From: an uncultured Clostridium sp. | GTDB taxonomy: Bacteria; Bacillota_I; Bacilli_A; RF39; UBA660 | Assembly: GCA_905193755.1 (NCBI GenBank) | Contig: CAJJPX010000001.1 | Span: forward strand, 142,550 to 206,549 | Reading direction: 5' to 3' | Length of the DNA stretch: 64,000 nt | Shown here: positions 30,697 to 40,969 of the stretch, in pieces | How positions within the stretch are numbered: position 1 is the stretch's first letter | Layout: every line of letters starts with the position of its first letter | The notes under the pieces: model-generated | The model's input: only the letters and a program-made list of their open reading frames with translations | Database searches by the model: none | What the model was told of the DNA's origin: nothing | Position numbers and translations under genes: made by a program

Positions 30697-31920
30697 TTAA
30701 TCCTCTCTTTCTAATGCCATACTCATACAGTGAGGTCCACCTCTACCACGAGATAACTCACTACTTGGTATTTCTATTACTTTTATACCAGCTTGTCTAA
30801 ATACTTCATTACTTACATGATTTCTATCATATGCTATTGCTACACCTGGTCTAATTGTAAGTAAGTTAGCTCCATCACTCCATTGTTCTCTTTCAGCAGG
30901 AATTCTCTTTCCTCCACCACATTTAATAAGAGTAACTTTATCTATATGTAAGTATTTTTCTAATAATTTATCAAGTGGCATATCAAGTTCTACTATATTT
31001 AAATCATCTTCAGTTTTTCCCTTTGATAGTTCAAATACTTTAGTTACGTGCATAACTTGACTATGTACAGCAAACTTATCAGCATCTAGTCTAGTCATAA
31101 CTGTATCTAAATGCATAAAACTTCTTTCATCTGGAATATCAAATGCTAAGACATATTTAAATTTATTATTTTTACTAGCAAATATATTTTTAGCAAGTAA
31201 ATTTATCGCATCAGGTTCTGTTCTCTCAGAAATACCTATAGCTATTACTTCATCACTTAATACTTGAATATCTCCTCCTTCAATATGATAAGCATTATAT
31301 CTTTCATAATATTTAGGAGTATCTTTATATTCAGGATGATATTTAAATATATATTCTGCAAATATAGTTTCTCTTTGACGAGTAACTGAGTACATTCTAT
31401 GAATACTTACCCCATCTCCAATTGAAGCAAATGGATCACGTGGAGCATATAAATTAGGAAGCGGATCTAATATCATCTTTCCTATATCACGCGTAGCAAA
31501 GAATCCACTACTTGGTCTATATCCTTCTAAGTCTTCACTATCTATACCAGTAATACATTTCTTTATTAAATCACGATTATCTTTGAATTGATTTAAATAA
31601 TTAAATACTAAATCAAATACAATTCCTGAAGTTACTCCTCCTTCTTTAATAAATTGTTTTAAGAATTTTTCTCTTACTTTAGGATGCGTATCTAACGCTT
31701 CAGCAGCTAAATCCACAAGATAAACAACCTCAACCCCTTCAGCTCTTAAAGCGCCAGCAAATACATCATGTTCTTCTTGAGCCTTCTTCAAATATGGTAT
31801 ATCATCAAATAAAAGTCTTTCTAAAGTATTAGGAGTTAAATTTAAGAATTCATCTCCAGGTCTATGTAATAATACTCTTTTTAAAGGTTTTATTTCACTA
31901 TATACATGTATACCTGACAT
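30697..31920 (-). CDS. arcA: arginine deiminase
   Basis: 407 aa. N-terminal [22 protein letters not shown] and C-terminal [10 protein letters not shown] with the catalytic Cys. Confidence 0.95.
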   Translation of the reverse strand: MSGIHVYSEIKPLKRVLLHRPGDEFLNLTPNTLERLLFDDIPYLKKAQEEHDVFAGALRAEGVEVVYLVDLAAEALDTHPKVREKFLKQFIKEGGVTSGIVFDLVFNYLNQFKDNRDLIKKCITGIDSEDLEGYRPSSGFFATRDIGKMILDPLPNLYAPRDPFASIGDGVSIHRMYSVTRQRETIFAEYIFKYHPEYKDTPKYYERYNAYHIEGGDIQVLSDEVIAIGISERTEPDAINLLAKNIFASKNNKFKYVLAFDIPDERSFMHLDTVMTRLDADKFAVHSQVMHVTKVFELSKGKTEDDLNIVELDMPLDKLLEKYLHIDKVTLIKCGGGKRIPAEREQWSDGANLLTIRPGVAIAYDRNHVSNEVFRQAGIKVIEIPSSELSRGRGGPHCMSMALERED

Positions 31921-31967
31921 ATATCTCTCCTTTCCATCTTTATCCTCATAATCATTATATCTTTAAA

Positions 31968-32006
31968 TAAAAAAAAAGTAAATGAATTTTATAATTTTCA
32001 CTTACT
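31968..32006 (-). terminator. rho-independent terminator between the ABC importer and arcA
   Basis: AGUAAGUGAA-10 nt-UUCAUUUACU (one mismatch) followed by U9. It overlaps the TGA stop of the ATPase gene. Confidence 0.6.
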
Positions 32007-32708
32007 CTTTCCTAGGAATTCACGTACTTTAGGATTTTCACTATTTAGTATTTCTTTTTTATCTCCATATGCTAGTATTCCTTTATCTTTTAAGAATAAT
32101 ACTTTATCAGCATAGTTCTTTATTAAATCCATTTCATGACTTACTACTACTATAGTTGTTGTTTTAGATAGTTCATCTAATAGTTCTAACAAATCATTTA
32201 CCACACTTGGATCTAGTGCACTAGTTGGTTCATCAAATAGTATTACTTCAGGTTTAGTAGCAAGTGCTCTTGCTATCGCTACTCTTTGTTTTTCACCACC
32301 ACTTAGTCTTTTAGGATAACTATCTATTTTATCTAAAATATGTACTTGAGTTAATAATTCACGTACTCTTTTATCAATTTCTTCTTTACTTCCAAGTTTT
32401 AATAATCTAGGAGCTAATGCTATATTCTCACCAACAGTTAAATGAGGAAACAAATTAAAGTTTTGAAATACCATTCCTACTTTACTCTTTAGTGTTACCT
32501 CATCTATTTCTTTTATATTAACACCATTTAAGAATATCTTACCTGAATCTATCTTTTCAAATCCATTTAAGCATCTAATCAATGTAGTTTTACCACAACC
32601 AGAAGGTCCTATTATTAATAGTTTTTCACTATCATTTATTTCAAAACTAACATTTTTAAATACTATCTTTTTATCATATTTTTTAGTTATATTATCTATC
32701 TTAATCAA
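31998..32708 (-). CDS. polar amino-acid ABC transporter ATP-binding protein
   Basis: GPSGCGKTT, LSGGEKQRVAIARAL, ILFDEPTSALD, and an H-loop SHEM. Confidence 0.92.
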   Translation of the reverse strand: MIKIDNITKKYDKKIVFKNVSFEINDSEKLLIIGPSGCGKTTLIRCLNGFEKIDSGKIFLNGVNIKEIDEVTLKSKVGMVFQNFNLFPHLTVGENIALAPRLLKLGSKEEIDKRVRELLTQVHILDKIDSYPKRLSGGEKQRVAIARALATKPEVILFDEPTSALDPSVVNDLLELLDELSKTTTIVVVSHEMDLIKNYADKVLFLKDKGILAYGDKKEILNSENPKVREFLGKSK

Positions 32709-33400
32709 GCTACATCTAACTTCCTTTCTATCTTTTTCATAAGTTTACTAAGAAGTCCAGTTATTAATAAATATATAAGTGCTATTAATATTAATGGAAA
32801 GAAATAATCATAAGTATTAGATGCAATTATATCAGATGCTTTTGTTAAATCTGTTATTCCAATATAACCAGCTATTGCAGTTTCTTTAACTAAAGTAATA
32901 AATTCATTTCCCATAGATGCTAAACTATTCTTAACAGCTTGAGGTATTATTATATATGTAAGTGTTTGCTTAAAACTAAGTCCAAGCGCAAGTCCACCTT
33001 CTATTTGTCCATCATCTATACTATCAAAACCACTTCTAAGTATCTCTGAACTATATGCTCCACTATTAATACCAAAAGCAAGCATACCAATTATTACTGG
33101 ATCTAAACTAGATGTTTTAAATATTATGTAGTACATTATCATCAATTGTAAAACACTTGGTGTTCCTCTTATAACAGCAACATAAAACTTTCCAATCGCA
33201 GTTAATACTTTAAATTTACCAGTATGTTTATTAGTATATCTAATTATTGATATAAGAACTCCAATAATTATACCAATAGCTAAAGCCCCTAAAGATATAA
33301 CAATAGTATTTTTAAGACCCTCTAGTATTAACTCATATCTATTATCAAGAATAACAGTTTTATAAAAATCATTATAAATATTATTTAAAAAATCACTCAT
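32705..33400 (-). CDS. polar amino-acid ABC transporter permease (HisM/GlnP type)
   Basis: 231 aa with 5 TM segments and an EAA-like segment (E..LALGLS..QT...IILPQA). Confidence 0.9.
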   Translation of the reverse strand: MSDFLNNIYNDFYKTVILDNRYELILEGLKNTIVISLGALAIGIIIGVLISIIRYTNKHTGKFKVLTAIGKFYVAVIRGTPSVLQLMIMYYIIFKTSSLDPVIIGMLAFGINSGAYSSEILRSGFDSIDDGQIEGGLALGLSFKQTLTYIIIPQAVKNSLASMGNEFITLVKETAIAGYIGITDLTKASDIIASNTYDYFFPLILIALIYLLITGLLSKLMKKIERKLDVA

Positions 33401-33406
33401 AACACA

Positions 33407-34135
33407 TTAAGAAGAATGATTGATTACATACTCTTCTATCTTTCCTTCCTCAATTAATTTCTCTAAAACCTCATTTATTTTATTTAATAATTCAGTATTT
33501 CCTTTTTTAACAGCAATCGCATATTTATCAGTAAATAAATCTATACTTAATATAGTAAGCTCACTATTATTTTTAACTAACTCTTTAGCTGGTAATTCAT
33601 CCATTACTATACAGTCTGCTTTACTAGCTTTAACATCTTCAGCAGCACTTAAAAATTTCTTTTGACGAACTATTTTAGCTTTCTTAAATTCTTTAGTAAC
33701 ATAACTATCAGCTACACTACCAAGTTGTACTGTTATAGTTTTACCATCTAAATCATTAACATTCTTAATACCATTATAACCTTTTCTAACAACTACTACT
33801 TGTTTACTAGAAACATATTCAATAGAGAAATCCACTTCTTTTTTTCTCTCTTCACTTATACTCATACCAGCCGCAGCAAAATCAGCTTTACCACTATTAA
33901 GCTCATTAATAATTGAATCAAATGCTACATCTTTAATCTCAAGTTCTTTTCCCATAGACTTAGCTATTTCACGAGCAATATCAACATCTACTCCAACAAT
34001 ACCACTACTATCACGATATTCATAAGGAGCAAACCCAGCTTCAGTAACCATAACTAACTTATTATCATCTTTATTACATCCAAATAATAAAAATGAAATA
34101 CTAAAAATAACAAATAATTTAATTAATTTTTTCAT
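33407..34135 (-). CDS. amino-acid ABC substrate-binding lipoprotein (family 3)
   Basis: Lipobox LLFGC and an SBP_bac_3-like body. Start moved to ATG 34135 behind AGGTGA. Confidence 0.88.
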   Translation of the reverse strand: MKKLIKLFVIFSISFLLFGCNKDDNKLVMVTEAGFAPYEYRDSSGIVGVDVDIAREIAKSMGKELEIKDVAFDSIINELNSGKADFAAAGMSISEERKKEVDFSIEYVSSKQVVVVRKGYNGIKNVNDLDGKTITVQLGSVADSYVTKEFKKAKIVRQKKFLSAAEDVKASKADCIVMDELPAKELVKNNSELTILSIDLFTDKYAIAVKKGNTELLNKINEVLEKLIEEGKIEEYVINHSS

Positions 34136-34187
34136 ACACTTCACCTACTATAAATTATAACATAATTTAATTCTAAATAAATAAAAT

Positions 34188-34216
34188 TTGATAAAATTTT
34201 AAAAATGATTTATAAT
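34188..34216 (+). promoter_or_regulatory. probable sigma-A promoter
   Basis: TTGATA (34188-34193), a 17-nt spacer, then TATAAT (34211-34216). It lies 15 nt upstream of the ATG at 34232; the GGTGA SD sits between them. Confidence 0.4.
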
Positions 34217-34231
34217 GTTACTTGGTGATTT

Positions 34232-34867
34232 ATGAAAAAATTATTATTAATACCATTACTTCTACTTAGTATAAGTAATGTAAAAGCTTATGAAAATGAA
34301 TATTTTAAAATTGACATCCCTGATAATTACAAAGAAGATATAATGGAAAACGGTACTTATAAATGGATAGATACTAAATCTCAAAATAATGATTATATTG
34401 TTATAACAGTAACTAAAAATGATTCAGAAAACAAATATGATATTAAGAAATATACTGATAAAAATATTAATGAATATGAAACATACTTAGAAGAAGAATT
34501 TAATAATCAACTAAAAGAATATAATTTAAAAGTAGATGTTAAAAATATCAAGAAAGAAACATTAAATGATTTAGATACTATTACTTATGATGTAGTATGG
34601 CCTACTAAAGAATCAACTGGATATAATATTAATCAAAAAGGATATGCGTTTACTAGTGAAAATTATATTTATGTTTACACTTTCAGTAGTGATTCTGACT
34701 TAACTAACAATGAAACATTAAAAAGTACTATAAATAGTTTTCAAATATTAGATGATCCTATAGAAAGCAAAGGAATACTAGATAATAAATTATTATTCTC
34801 ACTTATAATTGGTGTATCTATTGGTCTTATAGGATTTATAATATCTATCATAATTAAAAGACGCTAA
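34232..34867 (+). CDS. hypothetical exported protein with a C-terminal TM anchor (211 aa)
   Basis: Signal peptide MKKLLLIPLLLLSISNVKA and a C-terminal hydrophobic segment followed by KRR. Confidence 0.5.
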   Translation: MKKLLLIPLLLLSISNVKAYENEYFKIDIPDNYKEDIMENGTYKWIDTKSQNNDYIVITVTKNDSENKYDIKKYTDKNINEYETYLEEEFNNQLKEYNLKVDVKNIKKETLNDLDTITYDVVWPTKESTGYNINQKGYAFTSENYIYVYTFSSDSDLTNNETLKSTINSFQILDDPIESKGILDNKLLFSLIIGVSIGLIGFIISIIIKRR

Positions 34868-34877
34868 ATGCGTCTTT
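34857..34877. terminator. bidirectional terminator
   Basis: aaagacgc / gcgtcttt with a 5-nt loop that contains the TAA stop of the plus-strand gene. Confidence 0.5.
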
Positions 34878-34879
34878 TA

Positions 34880-35512
34880 TTATGCACAAATATTAGATTT
34901 CATTCTACTTAGTATTAACTTTTCTTGCCTTGATACTTTTACTTGACTTACACCTAAAACATCAGCTGTTTCACTTTGAGTATATCCAAAATAATATCTA
35001 TATTCTATTAAGTTTCTATCAAACTCATCCATAGAAGAAAGTTCATTTTCTAAAAGTATTTTATTATCAATCTCCTCTCTCTTATCATTTCCATAATCAT
35101 AATCACTATCATCTGTACTTTTAGTAAATGATATCGTTTCAATTACATTTAAAAGTACTCCTTCATCTATTTCCATAAACGAGCATATTTCACTAAACGA
35201 AGGTTCTCTTTCTAATTTACTAGTAAGTATTGATTTAATACTTAAATACTTCTTATATAATGACATATACTCATCACTAACCTTAATATTTCTATCACAT
35301 CTTATAAACTCAACTATCTCACCAAGTATATATTTATAAGCATAAGTACTAAATTTAACAGATGTATCTCTTTTATAGTTTTTATATGCTTTTATTACTC
35401 CAATAGAACCTACTTGATATAAATCTTCAATATTATAATACATAGAATATTTACTAGCTATTTTGTATATAAGGCCTTCACTTTCCTTAATTAATGTTAA
35501 ATATTCACTCAT
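34880..35512 (-). CDS. sigma-70 family sigma factor, SigB/F/G-like
   Basis: Region 2 (DLYQVGSIGVIKAYKNY......FSTYAY..I.GEI) and a region 4 HTH (YTQSETADVLGVSQVKVSRQEK). Confidence 0.85.
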   Translation of the reverse strand: MSEYLTLIKESEGLIYKIASKYSMYYNIEDLYQVGSIGVIKAYKNYKRDTSVKFSTYAYKYILGEIVEFIRCDRNIKVSDEYMSLYKKYLSIKSILTSKLEREPSFSEICSFMEIDEGVLLNVIETISFTKSTDDSDYDYGNDKREEIDNKILLENELSSMDEFDRNLIEYRYYFGYTQSETADVLGVSQVKVSRQEKLILSRMKSNICA

Positions 35513-35850
35513 ATACTAAATACACCAACACTATGCTTTTCATCATATGATTTAAAACAATAATCAAATAAGTCACTATTTTTTAAAGTTAGCTTAATAT
35601 AATCATTAATACCACTTATTACTACTTTACCATCAAACCTACTAACAACGTTAGATATCTTGATTATAGAATCAATTCCACTTTTATCAACAAACTTTAC
35701 ACTTGATAAATCTATATTTATTTTATCAAGTGACATCCCAAGAATTATAGGAATCACCCTACTTTCAAATATTCTAGATGTATCATCATAAAAACTACCA
35801 TTCAATCTAACAAATAAAATCCCTTTTTTGAACTCAATATTTGTTGTCAT
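35509..35850 (-). CDS. STAS-domain protein (SpoIIAA/RsbV-like anti-sigma-factor antagonist)
   Basis: 113 aa. It aligns by eye to SpoIIAA (ILFVRLNGSF...INIDLSSVKFVDKSGIDSII...VVISGIN). Its stop overlaps the sigma gene start (ATGA). Confidence 0.7.
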   Translation of the reverse strand: MTTNIEFKKGILFVRLNGSFYDDTSRIFESRVIPIILGMSLDKINIDLSSVKFVDKSGIDSIIKISNVVSRFDGKVVISGINDYIKLTLKNSDLFDYCFKSYDEKHSVGVFSI

Positions 35851-35852
35851 AA

Positions 35853-36893
35853 TTAAATATTACTATAATTATTAAATGATTTGTTGCGTTTCGACAAAAC
35901 TAGATATTTTTTTATTATTAAGAAAATAATCAATATAAGAGAACTACTATATAAATATATATTATCCCCAGTTTTAAGATTTTCTATTTCTTTATATTGA
36001 TACTTAATCAAACAAAGTTCCTTAACACAATCATTAGAATCAGTTATTATTTTTCCACTTCTATTAACAATAACATAATCATTCATAATAAATCTATAAT
36101 ACTTTCTAAGAGTACTTTCATCTTTAATATATCCTTCATATTCCGTATAATAGTCTTTAGTATATTCTCTTTCTAAATCATATGTTTTATATAGTTTATC
36201 AGTATATTTATATATTGGAATATATTGATTTCTATAACTTCTCAAATCATTAATATTTATTTCTAACTTACAAGAATCACACTTATTAAATGTAATCTTT
36301 TTACTATAAACATTATATTTATCTATAGACCTATACGATATTTCTATTTGTTCATCATCACTACTATTATAATAAATTACTATTCTAAATGACTCGTCAA
36401 ACTCTTTTAAAGCAATTTTAATAGATTTATTTTTATAATTATTATAGTTATACTCTCCATCATATAAATTCTTATAACTTGTTTTATAATCAATCTTAGA
36501 CGTCTTATTATATATTTCTATTTCAGATATATTTATATCTCCAACTTTATCAAGAAGTAAACCATCAATATCAGTATCTTTAAAATAATAATCATTAAAT
36601 TCTAATTTAGAAATTCTTTCTTTATATTTTTTTGGTTCATTCAACATATAATTAGTTTCATACTTTATATCAGAAATATCATATTCCATAGAATCATTTA
36701 TTTCATCAATAATTTTATATTCTATATTTTTTTGAACATCTCTATACCATAAAAATCTATCCTCCTCTTCTATAAATATTTTATCCTTTACTTTTCCTGG
36801 ATAAATAGGACTCCATTCACTATATTCATATTCAAAAGCATAACACTCACTAAATATAAATATAGTTACTAAAATTAAAAATATTTTCTTCAT
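35853..36893 (-). CDS. hypothetical exported Tyr/Lys/Asp-rich protein with a C-terminal TM anchor (346 aa)
   Basis: Signal peptide MKKIFLILVTIFIFSECYA and a C-terminal LILIIFLIIKKYLVL. Its stop lies 2 nt from the STAS start. Confidence 0.5.
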   Translation of the reverse strand: MKKIFLILVTIFIFSECYAFEYEYSEWSPIYPGKVKDKIFIEEEDRFLWYRDVQKNIEYKIIDEINDSMEYDISDIKYETNYMLNEPKKYKERISKLEFNDYYFKDTDIDGLLLDKVGDINISEIEIYNKTSKIDYKTSYKNLYDGEYNYNNYKNKSIKIALKEFDESFRIVIYYNSSDDEQIEISYRSIDKYNVYSKKITFNKCDSCKLEININDLRSYRNQYIPIYKYTDKLYKTYDLEREYTKDYYTEYEGYIKDESTLRKYYRFIMNDYVIVNRSGKIITDSNDCVKELCLIKYQYKEIENLKTGDNIYLYSSSLILIIFLIIKKYLVLSKRNKSFNNYSNI

Positions 36894-36974
36894 TCAAACC
36901 CTCCTATTATTATAGTTAGACATAAATTTAAAAAACACTTCTTTTTTTATAAAAAAAATTAAATTCCGAAGAAT

Positions 36975-38474
36975 TTAATTCTTAACAACAAATGTTAATG
37001 TCGTAGGTTTATTCGATGATGCATTAAATTTATCTGCCAATTCTTGATTTTTAGCATATCCAACTGTTGTTGTACTATATGAAAACATACTATTTAATTC
37101 AACATTATCGTTTAATTCAAAACTACTTAAATCAATTTCATCAAGTTCACTATATCCAAACATGTATTTCATATCAATAACATTTCTTGTATCAAAATTT
37201 GATATATTCAAACTTTTTAATGTCGTACTACTACTACTATAAAACATATGATCCATATCAGTTACATTACTTGTATTATATTTACTCAAATCAAGTGAAG
37301 AAAGATTTATATTATAAAACATAGAATTCATATCAACTGCACTACTTGTATCTAAATCTTCTATACCAATAATTGATGTAGCTTTGCATCCACTAAACAT
37401 AGCATCCATTTCAGTTACTTTTGAAGTATTAAGACCAGTTAAATTGATAGATGAACTCTTAGCACCCATAAACATCCAAGACATACTAGTTACATTACCT
37501 GTATCTAAATGACTTAAATCTAAATTAGTTACATTTGTCCCACAAAACATACCACCTGTATCTTTAACTTTACTTGAATCTAATTTCGATAAATCTAAAG
37601 ATTTAGTTGAAGCTCTTGAAAAAGTATGTACCATACTAGTAACATTACTAGAATCTAAACTACTAATATCTATACTTGTAGCCTTAGAAGATTCAAACAT
37701 TAAATCCATATTTACTAACGGTTTATCATTAATATAAGCACATATCTTACTAGTTAAAGCTGTTGTTAAAGAAGTATTAGTAACTTGGGCACTCCATCCA
37801 TCTTCATCAAAATTCTTATATTCAAATACAGGATTATCATTACTATCATTAGTAAAAGTATAAGCTTTACTTTTATATCTATAAGTGTATTGACCATTTA
37901 CATATGTCAATCCTTGTGTAAGTGTATCAGTTGTAGTACAAAAATATGGATTAGTATCAACTACAGTAGTAATTTCTTCATACCCTGAAGGAATACTAAC
38001 ATCACCTAAAGTATTTATTTTATATCCTCCACTAATTTTAAATGTCAATGTCACTTCAGTAGTAGAACTATTATAAATTAATAATTTAATAGAATTAGTT
38101 TTTTTACCTAAAACTGAACTACTTGGTAAACTATAATTAGTAACATTTTCACTAGTATCTTTAGTTTGGCTAAAATATTTAATTGTTATATTTGAATTTT
38201 GTGAATATAACAATTTATAATAAGTTTCAATATCATCCATACTTGTTATAGTTACATTTGCAACCATAGTACCACTTGGTACACTCAATACATTAGTATT
38301 TTCACCATTAATATTTATTGAATACTTAAGTTCACCAATATACATCTCAGCAGCTCTATGATTACTACTTGTAACCACAAAATGAGAAAGCGAATACATT
38401 AAAAGAATACAAACTGCTAAAACAATTGATATAACTCCAATATATTGCTTAAAATAATCTACTATCTTTTGCAT
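36975..38474 (-). CDS. BspA-type leucine-rich-repeat (DUF285-like) surface protein
   Basis: N-terminal TM/signal segment, a beta-rich domain, then repeats of the form D(T/S)S.VT.M..MF......SL.L... Start moved to ATG 38474 behind GAGGTGA. Confidence 0.75.
   Translation of the reverse strand: MQKIVDYFKQYIGVISIVLAVCILLMYSLSHFVVTSSNHRAAEMYIGELKYSININGENTNVLSVPSGTMVANVTITSMDDIETYYKLLYSQNSNITIKYFSQTKDTSENVTNYSLPSSSVLGKKTNSIKLLIYNSSTTEVTLTFKISGGYKINTLGDVSIPSGYEEITTVVDTNPYFCTTTDTLTQGLTYVNGQYTYRYKSKAYTFTNDSNDNPVFEYKNFDEDGWSAQVTNTSLTTALTSKICAYINDKPLVNMDLMFESSKATSIDISSLDSSNVTSMVHTFSRASTKSLDLSKLDSSKVKDTGGMFCGTNVTNLDLSHLDTGNVTSMSWMFMGAKSSSINLTGLNTSKVTEMDAMFSGCKATSIIGIEDLDTSSAVDMNSMFYNINLSSLDLSKYNTSNVTDMDHMFYSSSSTTLKSLNISNFDTRNVIDMKYMFGYSELDEIDLSSFELNDNVELNSMFSYSTTTVGYAKNQELADKFNASSNKPTTLTFVVKN
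37090..37710 (-). repeat. about 8 tandem ~24-aa LRR (DUF285-type) repeats within the surface protein (approximate bounds)
   Basis: Reiterated motif L(D/N)(T/S)S.V(T/K).M..MF seen in the translation. Confidence 0.6.
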
Positions 38475-38552
38475 ATTCACCTCTATACTATATAACAATA
38501 TTTTACAAAATTTACAATAATATTTCAATAAAAAATAGGTTAATTGCTTAAC

Positions 38553-40967
38553 CTATTTAACTACTATATTAACTATCTTATTAGGAACAACTATTTCTTT
38601 TATAATTTCATGTCCTTCAATATGCTTAATAACATTTTCTTGTTCCTTTGCAACTCTTAACAATTCATCTTTATCTGTATCTTTATTTACACTGAAAGTA
38701 GCTCTTAATTTACCATTAACACTTACTGCAATATTAACGGTTTCATCACTAATCTTATTTTCATCATAAACTAACCATTCACTCTCACAAATTGGTTTAC
38801 CCAAATTCAACATTTCATTTAATTCTTCAGTTACATGTGGAGCTATTGGATTTAATAATACTAATAATGTTCTATAATCTTTTCTACTAATAGAATCTAA
38901 TTTATCATAAGCATTAGCTAAGATCATTAATGCACTAACAGCAGTATTATAATTCATAGTATCTATGTCTTCAGTAACTTTCTTTATAGTTTTATTAATT
39001 AATATCTCTAATGATTTGGTATACTCTTCTTTATCATTTACTTTATCTTTTAATCTATAAATTTTATCTATAAATCTCTTGCATCCTTTAAGACCATTTT
39101 CACTCCAAGCAGCATCTTTTTCATAGTCACCTATAAACATTTCATACGTTCTTAAAGCATCTGCTCCATAGGCTTTAACCATATCATCTGGATTAACAAC
39201 ATTACCACGAGATTTACTCATTTTTTCATTGTTATCACCTAAAATCATACCATGACTAATTCTAGTCCATATCATTTCTTTATGTGGAACAAGACCTATA
39301 TTATATAAGAATTGTACCCAGAATCTAGCATATAATAAGTGTCTTGCTGTATGTTCCATTCCACCATTATACCAGTCTACTCTTTGCCAATATTTCATAG
39401 CATCCATTGAAGCAAATTCATGATCATTATGTGGATCCATAAATCTTAAGAAATACCAACTTGATCCAGCCCAGTTAGGCATAGTATCAGTTTCTCTTTT
39501 TGCATCTTCTCCACATTTAGGACATTTACAATTTACCCAATCTTCTATTTTAGCAAGTGGACTTTGTCCATCTTCAGTAGGTTCATATTCAGCAATATTT
39601 GGAAGCAATAATGGTAAATCTTTTTCATCCATTGGTTGCCATCCACATTTTTCACAATATATCATTGGTATTGGTTCTCCCCAGAATCTTTGTCTTGAGA
39701 AAATCCAATCTCTCATTTTATAATTATTTACTTTACGAGCAATACCTCTATTAACAAGTTTTTCTGTTATAGCTTCTTTAGCTTCTTCAACAGTCATACC
39801 AGTAAACTCTTCACTATTAATAAGTTTATAACCTTTACCTAAATAATCTTGTTTTTCAAAAGCACATTCATCTATACTTCTTCCATCAATTACTTGAATC
39901 ATATCTAAATCATGTGCATTCGCATACTCATAATCTCTTTGATCATGAGCAGGTACAGCCATAACAGCCCCAGTACCATAACTACCTAAAACAAAATCTC
40001 CTAGGAATATTGGAACTTCTTTTCCATTAACTGGGTTAATTGCTTTAATTCCTTCAATCATACATCCAGTCTTTTCTTTATTTAATTCTGTTCTATCCAT
40101 ATTACTCTTCTTAGCTGTTTCTTCAATATACTTTTTAATTTCATCTTGATTCTTAATTCTTGGCATTAATTCTTTAATAAGTTTTCCATCTGGTGCGATT
40201 ACAAAGAATGTAATACCATATACTGTTTCAATACAGGTAGTAAATATAGAGAACTTTCCTCCACCTACTATATCAACATCAAGTTCTACTCCACTACTTT
40301 TACCTATCCAATTTATTTGACCTAATTTTACTTTTTCAGCAAAGTTTGTATCTTCTAAACCAGTTAACAAATCTTCAGCATAATCACTCATTCTAAGCAT
40401 CCATTGACTCTTTTCTTTTTGAGTTACTGCTGTTCCACATCTTTCACATACTCCACCTGAACTATCTTCATTAGAAAGTACTGTTTTACAAGTAGGACAC
40501 CAGTTAACAGCAATAGTATCTTTATAAGCCATTCCATGTTTATAAAATTGTAAGAATTGCCATTGAGTCCATTTATAATACTTAGGATCGCTAGTAGCAA
40601 ACTCTCTATCCCAATCAAATGAATAACCTAAATTCATCATTTGACCTTTAAATGTCTTAATATTTTCTTCTACTGCTTGTTTAGGATGTATATGATTCTT
40701 AATAGCATATTGTTCAGCAGGTGAACCAAAACTATCAAATCCCATTGGATACAAAACATTATATCCTTGCATTCTCTTTATTCTAGCTTTAGCATCTTGA
40801 GCAGTATAACTTCTAACGTGTCCTACATGAAGACCACTACCACTAGGATAAGGAAATTCTACTAATATATAATAGTGCTTATCACTACCATTATTAACAG
40901 CCTTAAATGTTTTATTATCTAGCCAATATTTTTGCCATTTTTCTTCTATATTTTTAAAATCATACAT
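38553..40967 (-). CDS. leuS: leucine--tRNA ligase
   Basis: 804 aa with HVGHVRSY (HIGH), KMSKSRGN, a CP1 editing domain and Zn-cluster cysteines. Confidence 0.97.
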   Translation of the reverse strand: MYDFKNIEEKWQKYWLDNKTFKAVNNGSDKHYYILVEFPYPSGSGLHVGHVRSYTAQDAKARIKRMQGYNVLYPMGFDSFGSPAEQYAIKNHIHPKQAVEENIKTFKGQMMNLGYSFDWDREFATSDPKYYKWTQWQFLQFYKHGMAYKDTIAVNWCPTCKTVLSNEDSSGGVCERCGTAVTQKEKSQWMLRMSDYAEDLLTGLEDTNFAEKVKLGQINWIGKSSGVELDVDIVGGGKFSIFTTCIETVYGITFFVIAPDGKLIKELMPRIKNQDEIKKYIEETAKKSNMDRTELNKEKTGCMIEGIKAINPVNGKEVPIFLGDFVLGSYGTGAVMAVPAHDQRDYEYANAHDLDMIQVIDGRSIDECAFEKQDYLGKGYKLINSEEFTGMTVEEAKEAITEKLVNRGIARKVNNYKMRDWIFSRQRFWGEPIPMIYCEKCGWQPMDEKDLPLLLPNIAEYEPTEDGQSPLAKIEDWVNCKCPKCGEDAKRETDTMPNWAGSSWYFLRFMDPHNDHEFASMDAMKYWQRVDWYNGGMEHTARHLLYARFWVQFLYNIGLVPHKEMIWTRISHGMILGDNNEKMSKSRGNVVNPDDMVKAYGADALRTYEMFIGDYEKDAAWSENGLKGCKRFIDKIYRLKDKVNDKEEYTKSLEILINKTIKKVTEDIDTMNYNTAVSALMILANAYDKLDSISRKDYRTLLVLLNPIAPHVTEELNEMLNLGKPICESEWLVYDENKISDETVNIAVSVNGKLRATFSVNKDTDKDELLRVAKEQENVIKHIEGHEIIKEIVVPNKIVNIVVK

Positions 40968-40969
40968 AA

